This document shows, piece by piece, positions 1-8,385 of a stretch of 36,779 nt of DNA. Location of the stretch: positions 1 to 36,779 of IMG/VR virus record IMGVR_UViG_3300043420_000100; one strand, 5' to 3'. Under the pieces are notes generated by a model that saw only the letters and a list, made by a program, of their open reading frames with translations, had not been told where the DNA came from and did no database searches. The stretch is from a virus (taxonomy: Duplodnaviria; Caudoviricetes). Positions within the stretch are counted from its first letter, which is position 1; the number at the start of each line of letters is the position of its first letter. Made by a program: the position numbers and the translations under genes.

Positions 1-254
1 ACGGTATCCCAGTTGTAGTTTCTACTAACTGTCCAGTGCTTGAAACTGCTGCAGAAAACTCTGCTGGTGGTGAAGTTAAAGCTGCTGTCCTAATGCACAA
101 AGATGCTCTTGTTCTTGCTGAACAGCAGGGCGTGCGTTCACAGACTCAGTACAAACAGGAATACCTATCTACTCTGTTCACTTCTGACACTATCTACGGT
201 GTTGAGACTGTTCGTTCAGAAAGTGGTATCATCATCGCTCTACCAACTGCGTAA
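1..254 (+). CDS. Major capsid protein, C-terminal part (5' truncated by window edge)
   Basis: Frame is open from position 3 (GIPVVVSTNCP...DTIYGVETVR), a typical podovirus coat C-terminus. Followed by a hairpin terminator. The N-terminus is at the other end of the window. Confidence 0.88.
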   Translation, partial: GIPVVVSTNCPVLETAAENSAGGEVKAAVLMHKDALVLAEQQGVRSQTQYKQEYLSTLFTSDTIYGVETVRSESGIIIALPTA

Positions 255-264
255 GTAGTTAACT

Positions 265-300
265 GAGGGGGCTCTTCGGAGTCCTCTCTCCTTTCTTTCC
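265..300 (+). terminator. Intrinsic terminator after the capsid gene
   Basis: GAGGGGGCTC-TTCG-GAGTCCTCTC forms a 10-bp stem with a cUUCGg loop, followed by an interrupted pyrimidine/U tract. Confidence 0.8.
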
Positions 301-353
301 TATGGGCTTTGCCCTAGAGTCCATTGCAAAGATAATTCAAGGAGATTGTATAT

Positions 354-3300
354 ATGGCAATCTATCGTGGAGCTGGCGGTACAACTGATACTACCGATCA
401 AGCAACAGTAGACGAAGTAACTACACTGGCCGCTAATGCGGCTTCTTCTGCATCTAGCGCAAGCACATCTGCCTCAAGTGCTGCTACTTCAGCTAGTAAT
501 GCATCAACCTCAGCCACTAATGCAGCAACTTCTGCAACTAATGCAGCGGCAAGCGCGGCTACAGCTTCTAGTGCTAAAAATACTGTGGTATCTGCCGCAG
601 ATGCAGCTACAGTAGCTAAAACAGCAGCAGAACTAGCAGCAGCCAATGCAGATGATGACGCGACTACCGCATTGTCAGCAGCTTCAACAGCTACGTCGGC
701 AGCAACTACGGCTACTAATGCAAGTAATGCAGCTGTTCAGGCTAAAGATCTAACTATTGATGCAGCCTCAAATGTAGCAGCGGACAAAGCAGCAGCAGCG
801 GCTAGTGCCTCTTCAGCGGCTACTTCAGCTACAGCAGCTAATACAGCTAAGTTGGCAGCTGAAGCGGCTCAAGCATCAACTGAAGCTCTATTCAATCAGT
901 TTGGTGATCAATATCTTGGTTCTCACGTAGATGCAGCAGCAGTTGCAGCGTATGCAGCTTCTAATGGTTATACGTTAGATGAAGGTGATGTATACTGGGA
1001 TAGCACAAATAACTCATTGCAGTTTTATACTGGTACTGCGTGGGCTATTCCTGAAGACGTAGCATCAACAGCAGCAGCTAGTGCTACTGCATCTGAAGCG
1101 GCAGCTGCATTGTCTGAAAGTAACGCAGCTGACTCAGCTACTGCAGCGGCAGGCAGCGCATCTACTGCAACTACTAAAGCAAGCGAAGCAGCTACATCTG
1201 CAACTAATGCCGCAGCCTCAGCAACTACTGCTACAACTAAAGCAGGCGAAGCTTCTGCATCTGCAACCTCTGCAGCAGGTAGTGCTACAGCAGCAGCTAG
1301 TTCAGCCTCTGCAGCTTCTTCAAGTGAAACAGCGGCAGCAGCTAGTGAAACAGCAGCGTCTGCAAGCGAAATAGCTGCAGCAGCCTCAGAGGGCGCAGCA
1401 GCAACGTCTGAAACTAATGCAGCAGGTAGTGCTACAGCGGCAGCAGCATCAGCAGCTACAGCTACAACACAGGCATCTATTGCTACTACAAAAGCTAGTG
1501 AAGCATCTACATCTGCTGCGAATGCTGCTACATCTGCAGCTACTGCTACAACTAAAGCTAGTGAAGCATCTACGTCTGCTACTAGTGCAGCAAGCAGTGC
1601 TACAGCAGCAGCTAGTTCAGCCTCTGCAGCCTCTGCAAGCAAAACAGCGGCTGCAGCTAGTGAAACAGCAGCGTCTGCAAGTGAGACTGCAGCAGCAGCT
1701 TCAGAGACTGCCTCTGCAGCGTCTGCAAGCTCAGCTAGTGCATCAGCTACAGCAGCAGCTAGCTCAGCGTCAGCAGCCTCTACGTCGGCTACAACAGCTA
1801 CTACTAAGGCATCAGAAGCAGCGACTAGTGCAAGTAACGCATCAACTAGTGAAACTAACGCAGCTTCTTCGGAATCAGCAGCAGCTATATCTGCCTCTGC
1901 AGCTAGTGCAGCTAAAGACGCGGCTCTTGCAGCTCTTGATTCATTTGATGATCGCTACCTTGGTACTAAGACTTCAGATCCTACGTTAGATAATGATGGT
2001 AATGCGTTGGCATCAGGTGCTCTATACTTCAATACTACAGACGGAGTAATGAAAGTATATGATGGTTCGCAGTGGCTTGCTGCATATGCTGATTTGTCTG
2101 GTGCGTTGATTGCAGCATCTAACCTTTCAGATCTAACTAACGTAGCAGCAGCACGTACTAACCTTGGTTTAGGTACAGCAGCTACTACAGCATCTACTGA
2201 TTATGCAACAGCAGCACAAGGTGCTCTTGCTGATTCAGCATTACAACAAGCAGTAGCTGATACATTGTACATGGATATTAACGCTGTAACTCTTCCTGAT
2301 CAAACAGGACACAGCGGTCAGTTCCTTTCAACAAACGGAACAACTGCTGATTGGGCTACAGTAGATACTTCTCAAGGTGACACTGCTTACTCTTGGGGTG
2401 ATCATGCTTTAGCAGGCTACGCTGATGATACTGCAGTTACATCTGCTCTTGCAGGTAAGCTAGACACTACACATGATATGTCTCTAACTCTGTCTGGTGA
2501 TGTTAGCGGTTCTGCTACATTTACTAACATGGGCAATGCGACACTTTCTGTAACTGTTGCAGATGATAGCCATAATCACACTATTGCTAACGTAGATGGA
2601 TTACAGGCTGCATTGGATGGTAAAGTAGACGATAGTCAAGTACTTACAAATGTTCCTGTAAATGCTGTGTTTACTGATACAGTATATACACACCCTACAT
2701 ATGCAGGAGATGACATTAACCTAGACACTGGTGCATTGTCAGGTGCTACAGTAATTAGTGATTTGGACTTTAACGTAACTACTGACACTCAGGGTCACGT
2801 AACTGATGCTAATGCTACGTACTCTACACGTAACCTAACTTACAGTGATGTAGGTGCAGCAGCTGCTAGTCACTCGCATAGTTACTTACCACTATCTGGC
2901 GGCACTGTTACTGGGGAGATTAAGCTACAAGGGACTGCTCCTCAGTTAAAATTTGAAGATACTGATAATGATGATTATTGGATTCATGTAAACGCTGGTA
3001 AGTTTTTCATACTACCCGATAGAGATAGTAATGGATCTTGGGAAACACCTTATCCTTTAGAAATTACTGCGGATTCAAATTCATTTTTAATCTTTGGGAA
3101 TGAAGCAATTCATGCTGGTAATATAGGTTCACAATCTGTTAACTATGCAGCTTCAGCTGGTAATGCAGATACTCTTGATGGTCAACACGCTAGTGCATTT
3201 CAGCCTGCAGGTAGTTACTTAACAGGTAACCAAACAATTACCCTGACAGGGGATGCAAGTGGTTCAGGTACTACTTCTATTAACGTAACTGTCGCTAATG

Positions 3301-4010
3301 ATAGTCACTCCCATAGTACATCTACGATTTCCGGTCTTGGTGCTTTAGCTACACTCTCTAGCGTCAATGCGAATACAATTGCTGATAACTCAGTAGGAGC
3401 TGCAGAGCTTAACGTATCCGGTAATGGTACTTTGGGACAGATGCTTACGTCAGATGCTGATGGCTCTTTTTCATGGGCTGACGCACCAGAAGGTTTTTCT
3501 CCTGCTTTAGCTTCTATTTCAGAAGAGCAAGTATTTTATTCGTCAGGTACATTTACAGTACCAAACAACGTAAACCATCTTGGTGTTATTGTTATAGGTG
3601 GTGGAGGCGGGGGTTCATTCCACTCAGCTAACTCAGGTACTGGCGGTGGTGGCGGCATCTCTATGGCTATCATTGAGCGTAATGCACTTGGCTCATCTGT
3701 AGCTGTAACAGTAGGTGCTGGTGGTTCTCCAAGCGACTACGATGGTTCAGGTCCAGGAGGACAGTCATCATTTGGCGGTATGCTTGTTGCTAATGGTGGT
3801 AACGGCAACCCATATGGTAATACAAACGGCAAACAAGGTAGCGGAAGTATTAACATCTCTAACCTTAAGTCATATACACCAGCAGGTGGCGGTAGTACTT
3901 ATGTACCTCCATATGATACATGGTCAACTACTTATGGATGGAGTGGAAACCAAGGTTATGGAGGTCGAGGCTCAGTAGGTCAAGCAGGGGTTGTACGAAT
4001 CTGGTATTAA
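354..4010 (+). CDS. Long tail fibre protein
   Basis: 1218 aa. Lambda Stf-like Ala/Ser/Thr heptad repeats, NLSDLTNVAAARTNLGLG motif, HxH motifs, Gly-rich C-terminal domain (VIVIGGGGGG...GVVRIWY). AGGAG RBS upstream. Confidence 0.88.
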   Translation: MAIYRGAGGTTDTTDQATVDEVTTLAANAASSASSASTSASSAATSASNASTSATNAATSATNAAASAATASSAKNTVVSAADAATVAKTAAELAAANADDDATTALSAASTATSAATTATNASNAAVQAKDLTIDAASNVAADKAAAAASASSAATSATAANTAKLAAEAAQASTEALFNQFGDQYLGSHVDAAAVAAYAASNGYTLDEGDVYWDSTNNSLQFYTGTAWAIPEDVASTAAASATASEAAAALSESNAADSATAAAGSASTATTKASEAATSATNAAASATTATTKAGEASASATSAAGSATAAASSASAASSSETAAAASETAASASEIAAAASEGAAATSETNAAGSATAAAASAATATTQASIATTKASEASTSAANAATSAATATTKASEASTSATSAASSATAAASSASAASASKTAAAASETAASASETAAAASETASAASASSASASATAAASSASAASTSATTATTKASEAATSASNASTSETNAASSESAAAISASAASAAKDAALAALDSFDDRYLGTKTSDPTLDNDGNALASGALYFNTTDGVMKVYDGSQWLAAYADLSGALIAASNLSDLTNVAAARTNLGLGTAATTASTDYATAAQGALADSALQQAVADTLYMDINAVTLPDQTGHSGQFLSTNGTTADWATVDTSQGDTAYSWGDHALAGYADDTAVTSALAGKLDTTHDMSLTLSGDVSGSATFTNMGNATLSVTVADDSHNHTIANVDGLQAALDGKVDDSQVLTNVPVNAVFTDTVYTHPTYAGDDINLDTGALSGATVISDLDFNVTTDTQGHVTDANATYSTRNLTYSDVGAAAASHSHSYLPLSGGTVTGEIKLQGTAPQLKFEDTDNDDYWIHVNAGKFFILPDRDSNGSWETPYPLEITADSNSFLIFGNEAIHAGNIGSQSVNYAASAGNADTLDGQHASAFQPAGSYLTGNQTITLTGDASGSGTTSINVTVANDSHSHSTSTISGLGALATLSSVNANTIADNSVGAAELNVSGNGTLGQMLTSDADGSFSWADAPEGFSPALASISEEQVFYSSGTFTVPNNVNHLGVIVIGGGGGGSFHSANSGTGGGGGISMAIIERNALGSSVAVTVGAGGSPSDYDGSGPGGQSSFGGMLVANGGNGNPYGNTNGKQGSGSINISNLKSYTPAGGGSTYVPPYDTWSTTYGWSGNQGYGGRGSVGQAGVVRIWY
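1281..1685 (+). repeat. Intragenic direct repeat in the fibre shaft
   Basis: 35-bp identical block at 1281-1315 and 1596-1630 (offset 315 bp), with similarity continuing about 55 bp further. Confidence 0.85.
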
Positions 4011-4049
4011 TGCTATGATGTTAAATCAGCATTAAACCATAGGTGATTT

Positions 4050-4595
4050 GTGGAAGTTATAACTTGCGATGATTTTCTAACAGAAGAGCAGAAGGAACAG
4101 ATAGATCAATACTTCAGTAAAGGTGCTCTGTTCCCAATGTTCTTAACTAACCAATGTGTGCGAGGTGATGGTATTCCTAACATGTCGCATACAGTGGTTG
4201 CACGGAAAGACTACGGGCAGGATAAAGTGAGCTTAGAATCTCGTATAGAATCTAGCTCTTTTTATTTCTGGATGTCAGTACTGGAAGCCTTTTTAGATAA
4301 AACAGGTGTGGAAGTTAAAGGTGAGATACTACGTATTGCCGTTAATGGATCATTCGCTGTTCATGTTGAAAGAGGTGTATTTCATACGGACGAACAATCA
4401 GATTACAAACATCTGTTAGTCTATCTTAACGATGACTTTACAGGCACAGGTAGGACAATACTTCAAAATGAAGATGGCACTGAAGAGTACATAGAACCTA
4501 AGAAATTTAGGGGAGCATTCTTTGGTAAATGTCTACATACATTGGAGTATCCGACAAGCGGTATGCGCTTAATTGCAGTATACACATTTAATTAA
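4050..4595 (+). CDS. 2OG-Fe(II) dioxygenase family protein
   Basis: HTD motif, LVYLND strand, distal His (CLHT) and Arg (MRLIAVYTF). Confidence 0.78.
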   Translation: MEVITCDDFLTEEQKEQIDQYFSKGALFPMFLTNQCVRGDGIPNMSHTVVARKDYGQDKVSLESRIESSSFYFWMSVLEAFLDKTGVEVKGEILRIAVNGSFAVHVERGVFHTDEQSDYKHLLVYLNDDFTGTGRTILQNEDGTEEYIEPKKFRGAFFGKCLHTLEYPTSGMRLIAVYTFN

Positions 4596-4605
4596 GGAAA
4601 GTAAG

Positions 4606-5193
4606 ATGAAACCAAGTATTGAGAATTTCATTGGAATTTACGAAGACGCTTTTGATAAAAACTGGTGCGAGGGTGTAATGCACTTTATGGACAAAGCTTA
4701 TGAACTAGGCTATGGCTATAATCGCATTGAGGCTAATGACGCAGATAAACACAATAAAGATGATATGCAGCTTTATGCATGTTCAATACTAAAAGCAGTT
4801 AGTGTATTAGATGCACCTTACTTAGATAAATTCAATGAAGTGTTATGGCATGATTGCTATAAACATTACGCAGATGAATTCTCAGTAATTAAGAACTTAC
4901 CTTTCCATTCTGCATACGGAGTTAAACTGCAGCGTACACCCGTAGGTGGAGGCTATCATGTATGGCATAGTGAGCGTGGAGATGCTGATGCATCGGGACG
5001 TGTCATGGCATTTATTGCATACTTAAATGATGTTGATGAAGGTGGAGAGACGGAGTTTCTTTACCAGCATAAACGCGTTAAGCCTAAACAAGGTACGCTT
5101 GTTCTATTCCCTGCAGGATTTACACATACACATAGAGGCAACCCACCACTCAGTAACACTAAATATATTGTAACTGGATGGATAGAGTTTTAG
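4606..5193 (+). CDS. 2OG-Fe(II) dioxygenase, prolyl-4-hydroxylase-like
   Basis: WHSE, YLNDVDEGGETEF, THRG and KYIVTGW motifs. Start placed at ATG 4606 after AAGGA. Confidence 0.9.
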   Translation: MKPSIENFIGIYEDAFDKNWCEGVMHFMDKAYELGYGYNRIEANDADKHNKDDMQLYACSILKAVSVLDAPYLDKFNEVLWHDCYKHYADEFSVIKNLPFHSAYGVKLQRTPVGGGYHVWHSERGDADASGRVMAFIAYLNDVDEGGETEFLYQHKRVKPKQGTLVLFPAGFTHTHRGNPPLSNTKYIVTGWIEF

Positions 5194-5202
5194 GAGTATA
5201 TA

Positions 5203-5514
5203 ATGGCACTAAAGATCGCTGCCGTAAAAGAGAATGGCGTAGTGGTTAATACCATCATGCTAGATGAAGCTGAAGATCCAGCTAATTTTAATGCTGAATG
5301 GTATGAAATTGTAGATAATAGCACTGAAGCTGCTTATGAATTCGCTGCAAATTCAATAAGGGAAGAGCGTGATAAACGTTTAGCAGACTGCGACTGGTGG
5401 GCACTGACAGATATTGAAATTACACCTGATCAACTAGCTTATCGTCAAGCACTTCGAGATATAACCAATCAAGAAACTTTCCCTACTAGTGTCAACTGGC
5501 CTATTAAACCGTAA
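5203..5514 (+). CDS. Tail fibre assembly chaperone
   Basis: IREERDKRLADCDW...YRQALRDIT..FP..V.WP.KP signature. Confidence 0.85.
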   Translation: MALKIAAVKENGVVVNTIMLDEAEDPANFNAEWYEIVDNSTEAAYEFAANSIREERDKRLADCDWWALTDIEITPDQLAYRQALRDITNQETFPTSVNWPIKP

Positions 5515-5524
5515 GGAATAAATA

Positions 5525-5770
5525 ATGGATGAGTCACGCTTTGACCGATTGGAACAGAAGATTGATAAGCTCACTGATGCTGTGACAAAGATTGTACGTG
5601 TTGAAGAGCAGCTCATCAGTAACAACAAACGTTTAGATCGTGCTGAGAAACGATTAGATAATGTTGAAGCTGAGTTAAAGGAAAGCACAGGAGTAGTACG
5701 ATTTTCTGAGAAGTTATTCTGGATTGTTGTGGCTGCTGTTGTTAGTACAGGGTTGTGGTGGAGTAAATGA
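5525..5770 (+). CDS. Coiled-coil protein with C-terminal TM helix (XhlA/holin-like)
   Basis: Heptad-rich N-terminus and C-terminal hydrophobic segment LFWIVVAAVVSTGLWW. Confidence 0.6.
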   Translation: MDESRFDRLEQKIDKLTDAVTKIVRVEEQLISNNKRLDRAEKRLDNVEAELKESTGVVRFSEKLFWIVVAAVVSTGLWWSK

Positions 5771-6198
5771 TTACTGAAATACTTCCATTAGTTGGCGGTG
5801 GCATCTTTGGTGCTGTCGTCAAGCTACTTAGTATGGGCATGCAGAATAAAGCAGAAGAGCGTAAGGCTATGTTCGATGCTTTCTCTGCACGTCAGGGGGC
5901 AATTGATAAGGTAAACGAAGTGGCATCTACTAACAGCTACTTTGCTTTTACGCGTCGTATCATTGCCCTATCAGTTACTGCTGTAATCGTACTACTAGCT
6001 TTGTTCCCTATAGTACAGCCTATTAACGTACTACAGGAAATACAAACTGGTGGAAGTTACTTGTTCGGTTTAATTGACACGACACAAGTAGAACAGAAGT
6101 GGGTTCAGTTACAAGGCAGCGTAGTGTTACCTGTAATTATACCAAGCTTCCAAGCAATTATCGGTGCATACTTTGGTGCATCTATCGCAGGTAAATAA
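5767..6198 (+). CDS. Putative holin (about 3 TM segments)
   Basis: Three hydrophobic segments, FTRRII before TM2, terminal IIGAYFG motif. ATGA coupling to the upstream gene. Confidence 0.55.
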   Translation: MITEILPLVGGGIFGAVVKLLSMGMQNKAEERKAMFDAFSARQGAIDKVNEVASTNSYFAFTRRIIALSVTAVIVLLALFPIVQPINVLQEIQTGGSYLFGLIDTTQVEQKWVQLQGSVVLPVIIPSFQAIIGAYFGASIAGK

Positions 6199-6435
6199 AT
6201 GCAAGATCAAGAGAAGAAGTTCTTAGGCGGTATACTCTACGTGGGTATGCTGCTTGTTTGTTTTGCTGGTGGCGTGGCTTATCAGTTCTACTATAATCCT
6301 ATCCCTGTAACCCCACAGGTTATAGAGGTAACTAAATTAGTTAACGTACCTAGTGTAATTGAAACTACTAAAGTAGTAGAAGTGCAAAAGGATTGTCCAA
6401 TAGTTAAGCCTGACGATAAAGGGTGGTTTAAATGA
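6199..6435 (+). CDS. Small membrane-anchored protein
   Basis: N-terminal TM helix; abuts the neighbouring genes. Confidence 0.6.
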   Translation: MQDQEKKFLGGILYVGMLLVCFAGGVAYQFYYNPIPVTPQVIEVTKLVNVPSVIETTKVVEVQKDCPIVKPDDKGWFK

Positions 6436-6809
6436 AAGGTGGATCAGAATCACAACTCAAAGACAGCATTGTGGTTTATTTTCTCAACTCAATGGTAGCC
6501 TTGGCTGCATTGGGTACAGTTATTTACACCATTATGATTCCAAACGTAGATGCTGGACTGGTAGCTGTTGTGTCCTCTATCTCGACACTAATCGGTAAGA
6601 CTGTATTAGATATAATGATGAGTCAATCTGGCGCAGAGAAAGAAGATCCTATGACTTCTGTTGCTAAAGAGATGCTTGATCTTCTACGTATCAAATCATC
6701 TGAAGCAGATCCTTACACACTGGACATCACTAAAGATAATGTACTTATTAACAAAGGTAACACGCAGATGAAGACTGATCGTGACATCTTTGATGGAGAT
6801 AAAGAGTAA
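6432..6809 (+). CDS. Two-TM membrane protein
   Basis: Two hydrophobic helices then a charged tail. ATGA coupling. Confidence 0.65.
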   Translation: MKGGSESQLKDSIVVYFLNSMVALAALGTVIYTIMIPNVDAGLVAVVSSISTLIGKTVLDIMMSQSGAEKEDPMTSVAKEMLDLLRIKSSEADPYTLDITKDNVLINKGNTQMKTDRDIFDGDKE

Positions 6810-7675
6810 TGGCAGATTTACCACAGTACACTGGAGCGTCATACAACGCTGACATGTACAAGAAACCAGACGAAACAATGTCTGAATATATGATGCGTCT
6901 AGCTAAGCTACGTGCTCAGGGTATCTTAGGCGGTGGTGGTATGTTAGATACTCCTACTGTTGATGCTACTCAGGTAGATGCTACTACTTCAGTTCCTCTT
7001 GGTCAAGTAATTAAAAATAGAGTGGATGGAAATGCAGCAAGTGCTATAGCGGATGCAGAGTTTTTAGCTAGCATGCAAGGAAAACCTGCTGTACGAAATG
7101 CAAGCACTAAGTATGGTCTAACTCCTGATTGGATGAAAGGAGCAGCTGCTTTAGTACCGTTCCCATTTGGTTTGTTAGCGGGTGCGGGGATAGTTTTAAA
7201 CGACAGCGATGCTATTAAAGCAGCTCAAATTGCAGCTAACATTCCAGAAGATCAGCGTACAGGAACATGGTTTAAAGGTGCTGAGGATGTTATAGGCAGT
7301 CGGAATATTAACGATAAGACTTATCAGGTTTCTATTGGAGGTATTGCTGATGACCCTACAAACAGCATTATTGAAAACCTATTTAACACTGGTAATATGA
7401 TTACTACGTTAACGCCAGACGAAGCCCGTCGTCGTGCATCTTCAGCACAGTACAGAAGCCAGCCTATAGCTTACGCTGCTCCTCAAATCCCAATGACAAC
7501 TGGTATGCTTACAGGGCAAACTGTAACACCAGATATGTCTAATTATATAGTTGACACAGGATCTGGTCTAACTACTAGTGGTAGCTACAATGATTCAGGT
7601 GATTGGTCATGGGGTGGTACAGACTTCTCAGATCCGGGAATTTCTGGTGATGGAAGTGACTGGAACAGCTGGTAA
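6809..7675 (+). CDS. Hypothetical protein, possibly virion-associated
   Basis: 288-aa ORF with TAATG coupling, a central hydrophobic stretch and a Gly/Ser/Asp/Trp-rich tail. Confidence 0.65.
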   Translation: MADLPQYTGASYNADMYKKPDETMSEYMMRLAKLRAQGILGGGGMLDTPTVDATQVDATTSVPLGQVIKNRVDGNAASAIADAEFLASMQGKPAVRNASTKYGLTPDWMKGAAALVPFPFGLLAGAGIVLNDSDAIKAAQIAANIPEDQRTGTWFKGAEDVIGSRNINDKTYQVSIGGIADDPTNSIIENLFNTGNMITTLTPDEARRRASSAQYRSQPIAYAAPQIPMTTGMLTGQTVTPDMSNYIVDTGSGLTTSGSYNDSGDWSWGGTDFSDPGISGDGSDWNSW

Positions 7676-7683
7676 AATAATGC

Positions 7684-7712
7684 TTGACTTTTAACTGAAA
7701 ATATGCTACCCT
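7684..7712 (+). promoter_or_regulatory. Sigma70-type promoter for the tail genes
   Basis: TTGACT-17 bp-TACCCT with TGn extended -10, in the intergenic gap. Confidence 0.7.
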
Positions 7713-7737
7713 CCTCTACATAGACAGGACACAGTAA

Positions 7738-8385
7738 ATGACATACTTAGATATGGTTAACAATGTACTGAAGCGACTACGTGAACGCACAGTATCATCT
7801 GTTAATGAAAACGCCTACTCTACTTTAATCGGTGTATTAATAAACGATGCGAAGAACGAAGTAGAACATGCTTGGGACTGGTCTGCTTTACGTACCACAC
7901 TGACAGCAACAACCTCTTCTAATACTTTTAGCTACACACTTACTGGTTCAGGTGATGACATGAGAATGTTGGATGTCCTGAACGACACTGAAAACTTTGT
8001 CATGCAATATGCAGATGCTGCATGGATGAACCAGCAGTTACTATTGGCAACACCACAGCTAGCTGCGCCTACTCATTACTCATTCAACGGTACAGACAGT
8101 AACGGTGATACTGTTGTTGATATTTATCCTGTACCAGACGGTGTATACAAAGTTCGATTTAACGCAGTGATCCGCCAGCCTGAACTGTCTGCTAATACAG
8201 ACTCTTTAGTTATTCCTACGCAACCAGTACTTATGTTAGCTTATGCTAAAGCTATTGAAGAACGTGGTGAGGACGGAGGCGTAGGCGCATCTTCTGCATA
8301 CATGACTGCAACACGTAGTCTTAATGATGCGATCAGTCTTGATGCAATCAAACACCCTGAAGAACTAATCTGGCAGGAAGTATAA
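7738..8385 (+). CDS. Tail tubular protein A / adaptor (T7 gp11-like)
   Basis: MTYLDMVNNVLKRLRE start, WDWSAL, YPVPDGVY; size and position fit. Confidence 0.78.
   Translation: MTYLDMVNNVLKRLRERTVSSVNENAYSTLIGVLINDAKNEVEHAWDWSALRTTLTATTSSNTFSYTLTGSGDDMRMLDVLNDTENFVMQYADAAWMNQQLLLATPQLAAPTHYSFNGTDSNGDTVVDIYPVPDGVYKVRFNAVIRQPELSANTDSLVIPTQPVLMLAYAKAIEERGEDGGVGASSAYMTATRSLNDAISLDAIKHPEELIWQEV

Noticed and set aside
1250-1870. Repeats considered as a CRISPR array or DGR template/variable pair
   Set aside because: They are in-frame coding repeats with no unique spacers, and there is no cas or reverse transcriptase gene.
398-1989. Long alternative-frame ORFs (Ala/Val-rich on minus, Gln/Leu-rich on plus) within the fibre gene
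   Set aside because: Shadows of GCN/TCN/ACN-rich repeats that lack stop codons.
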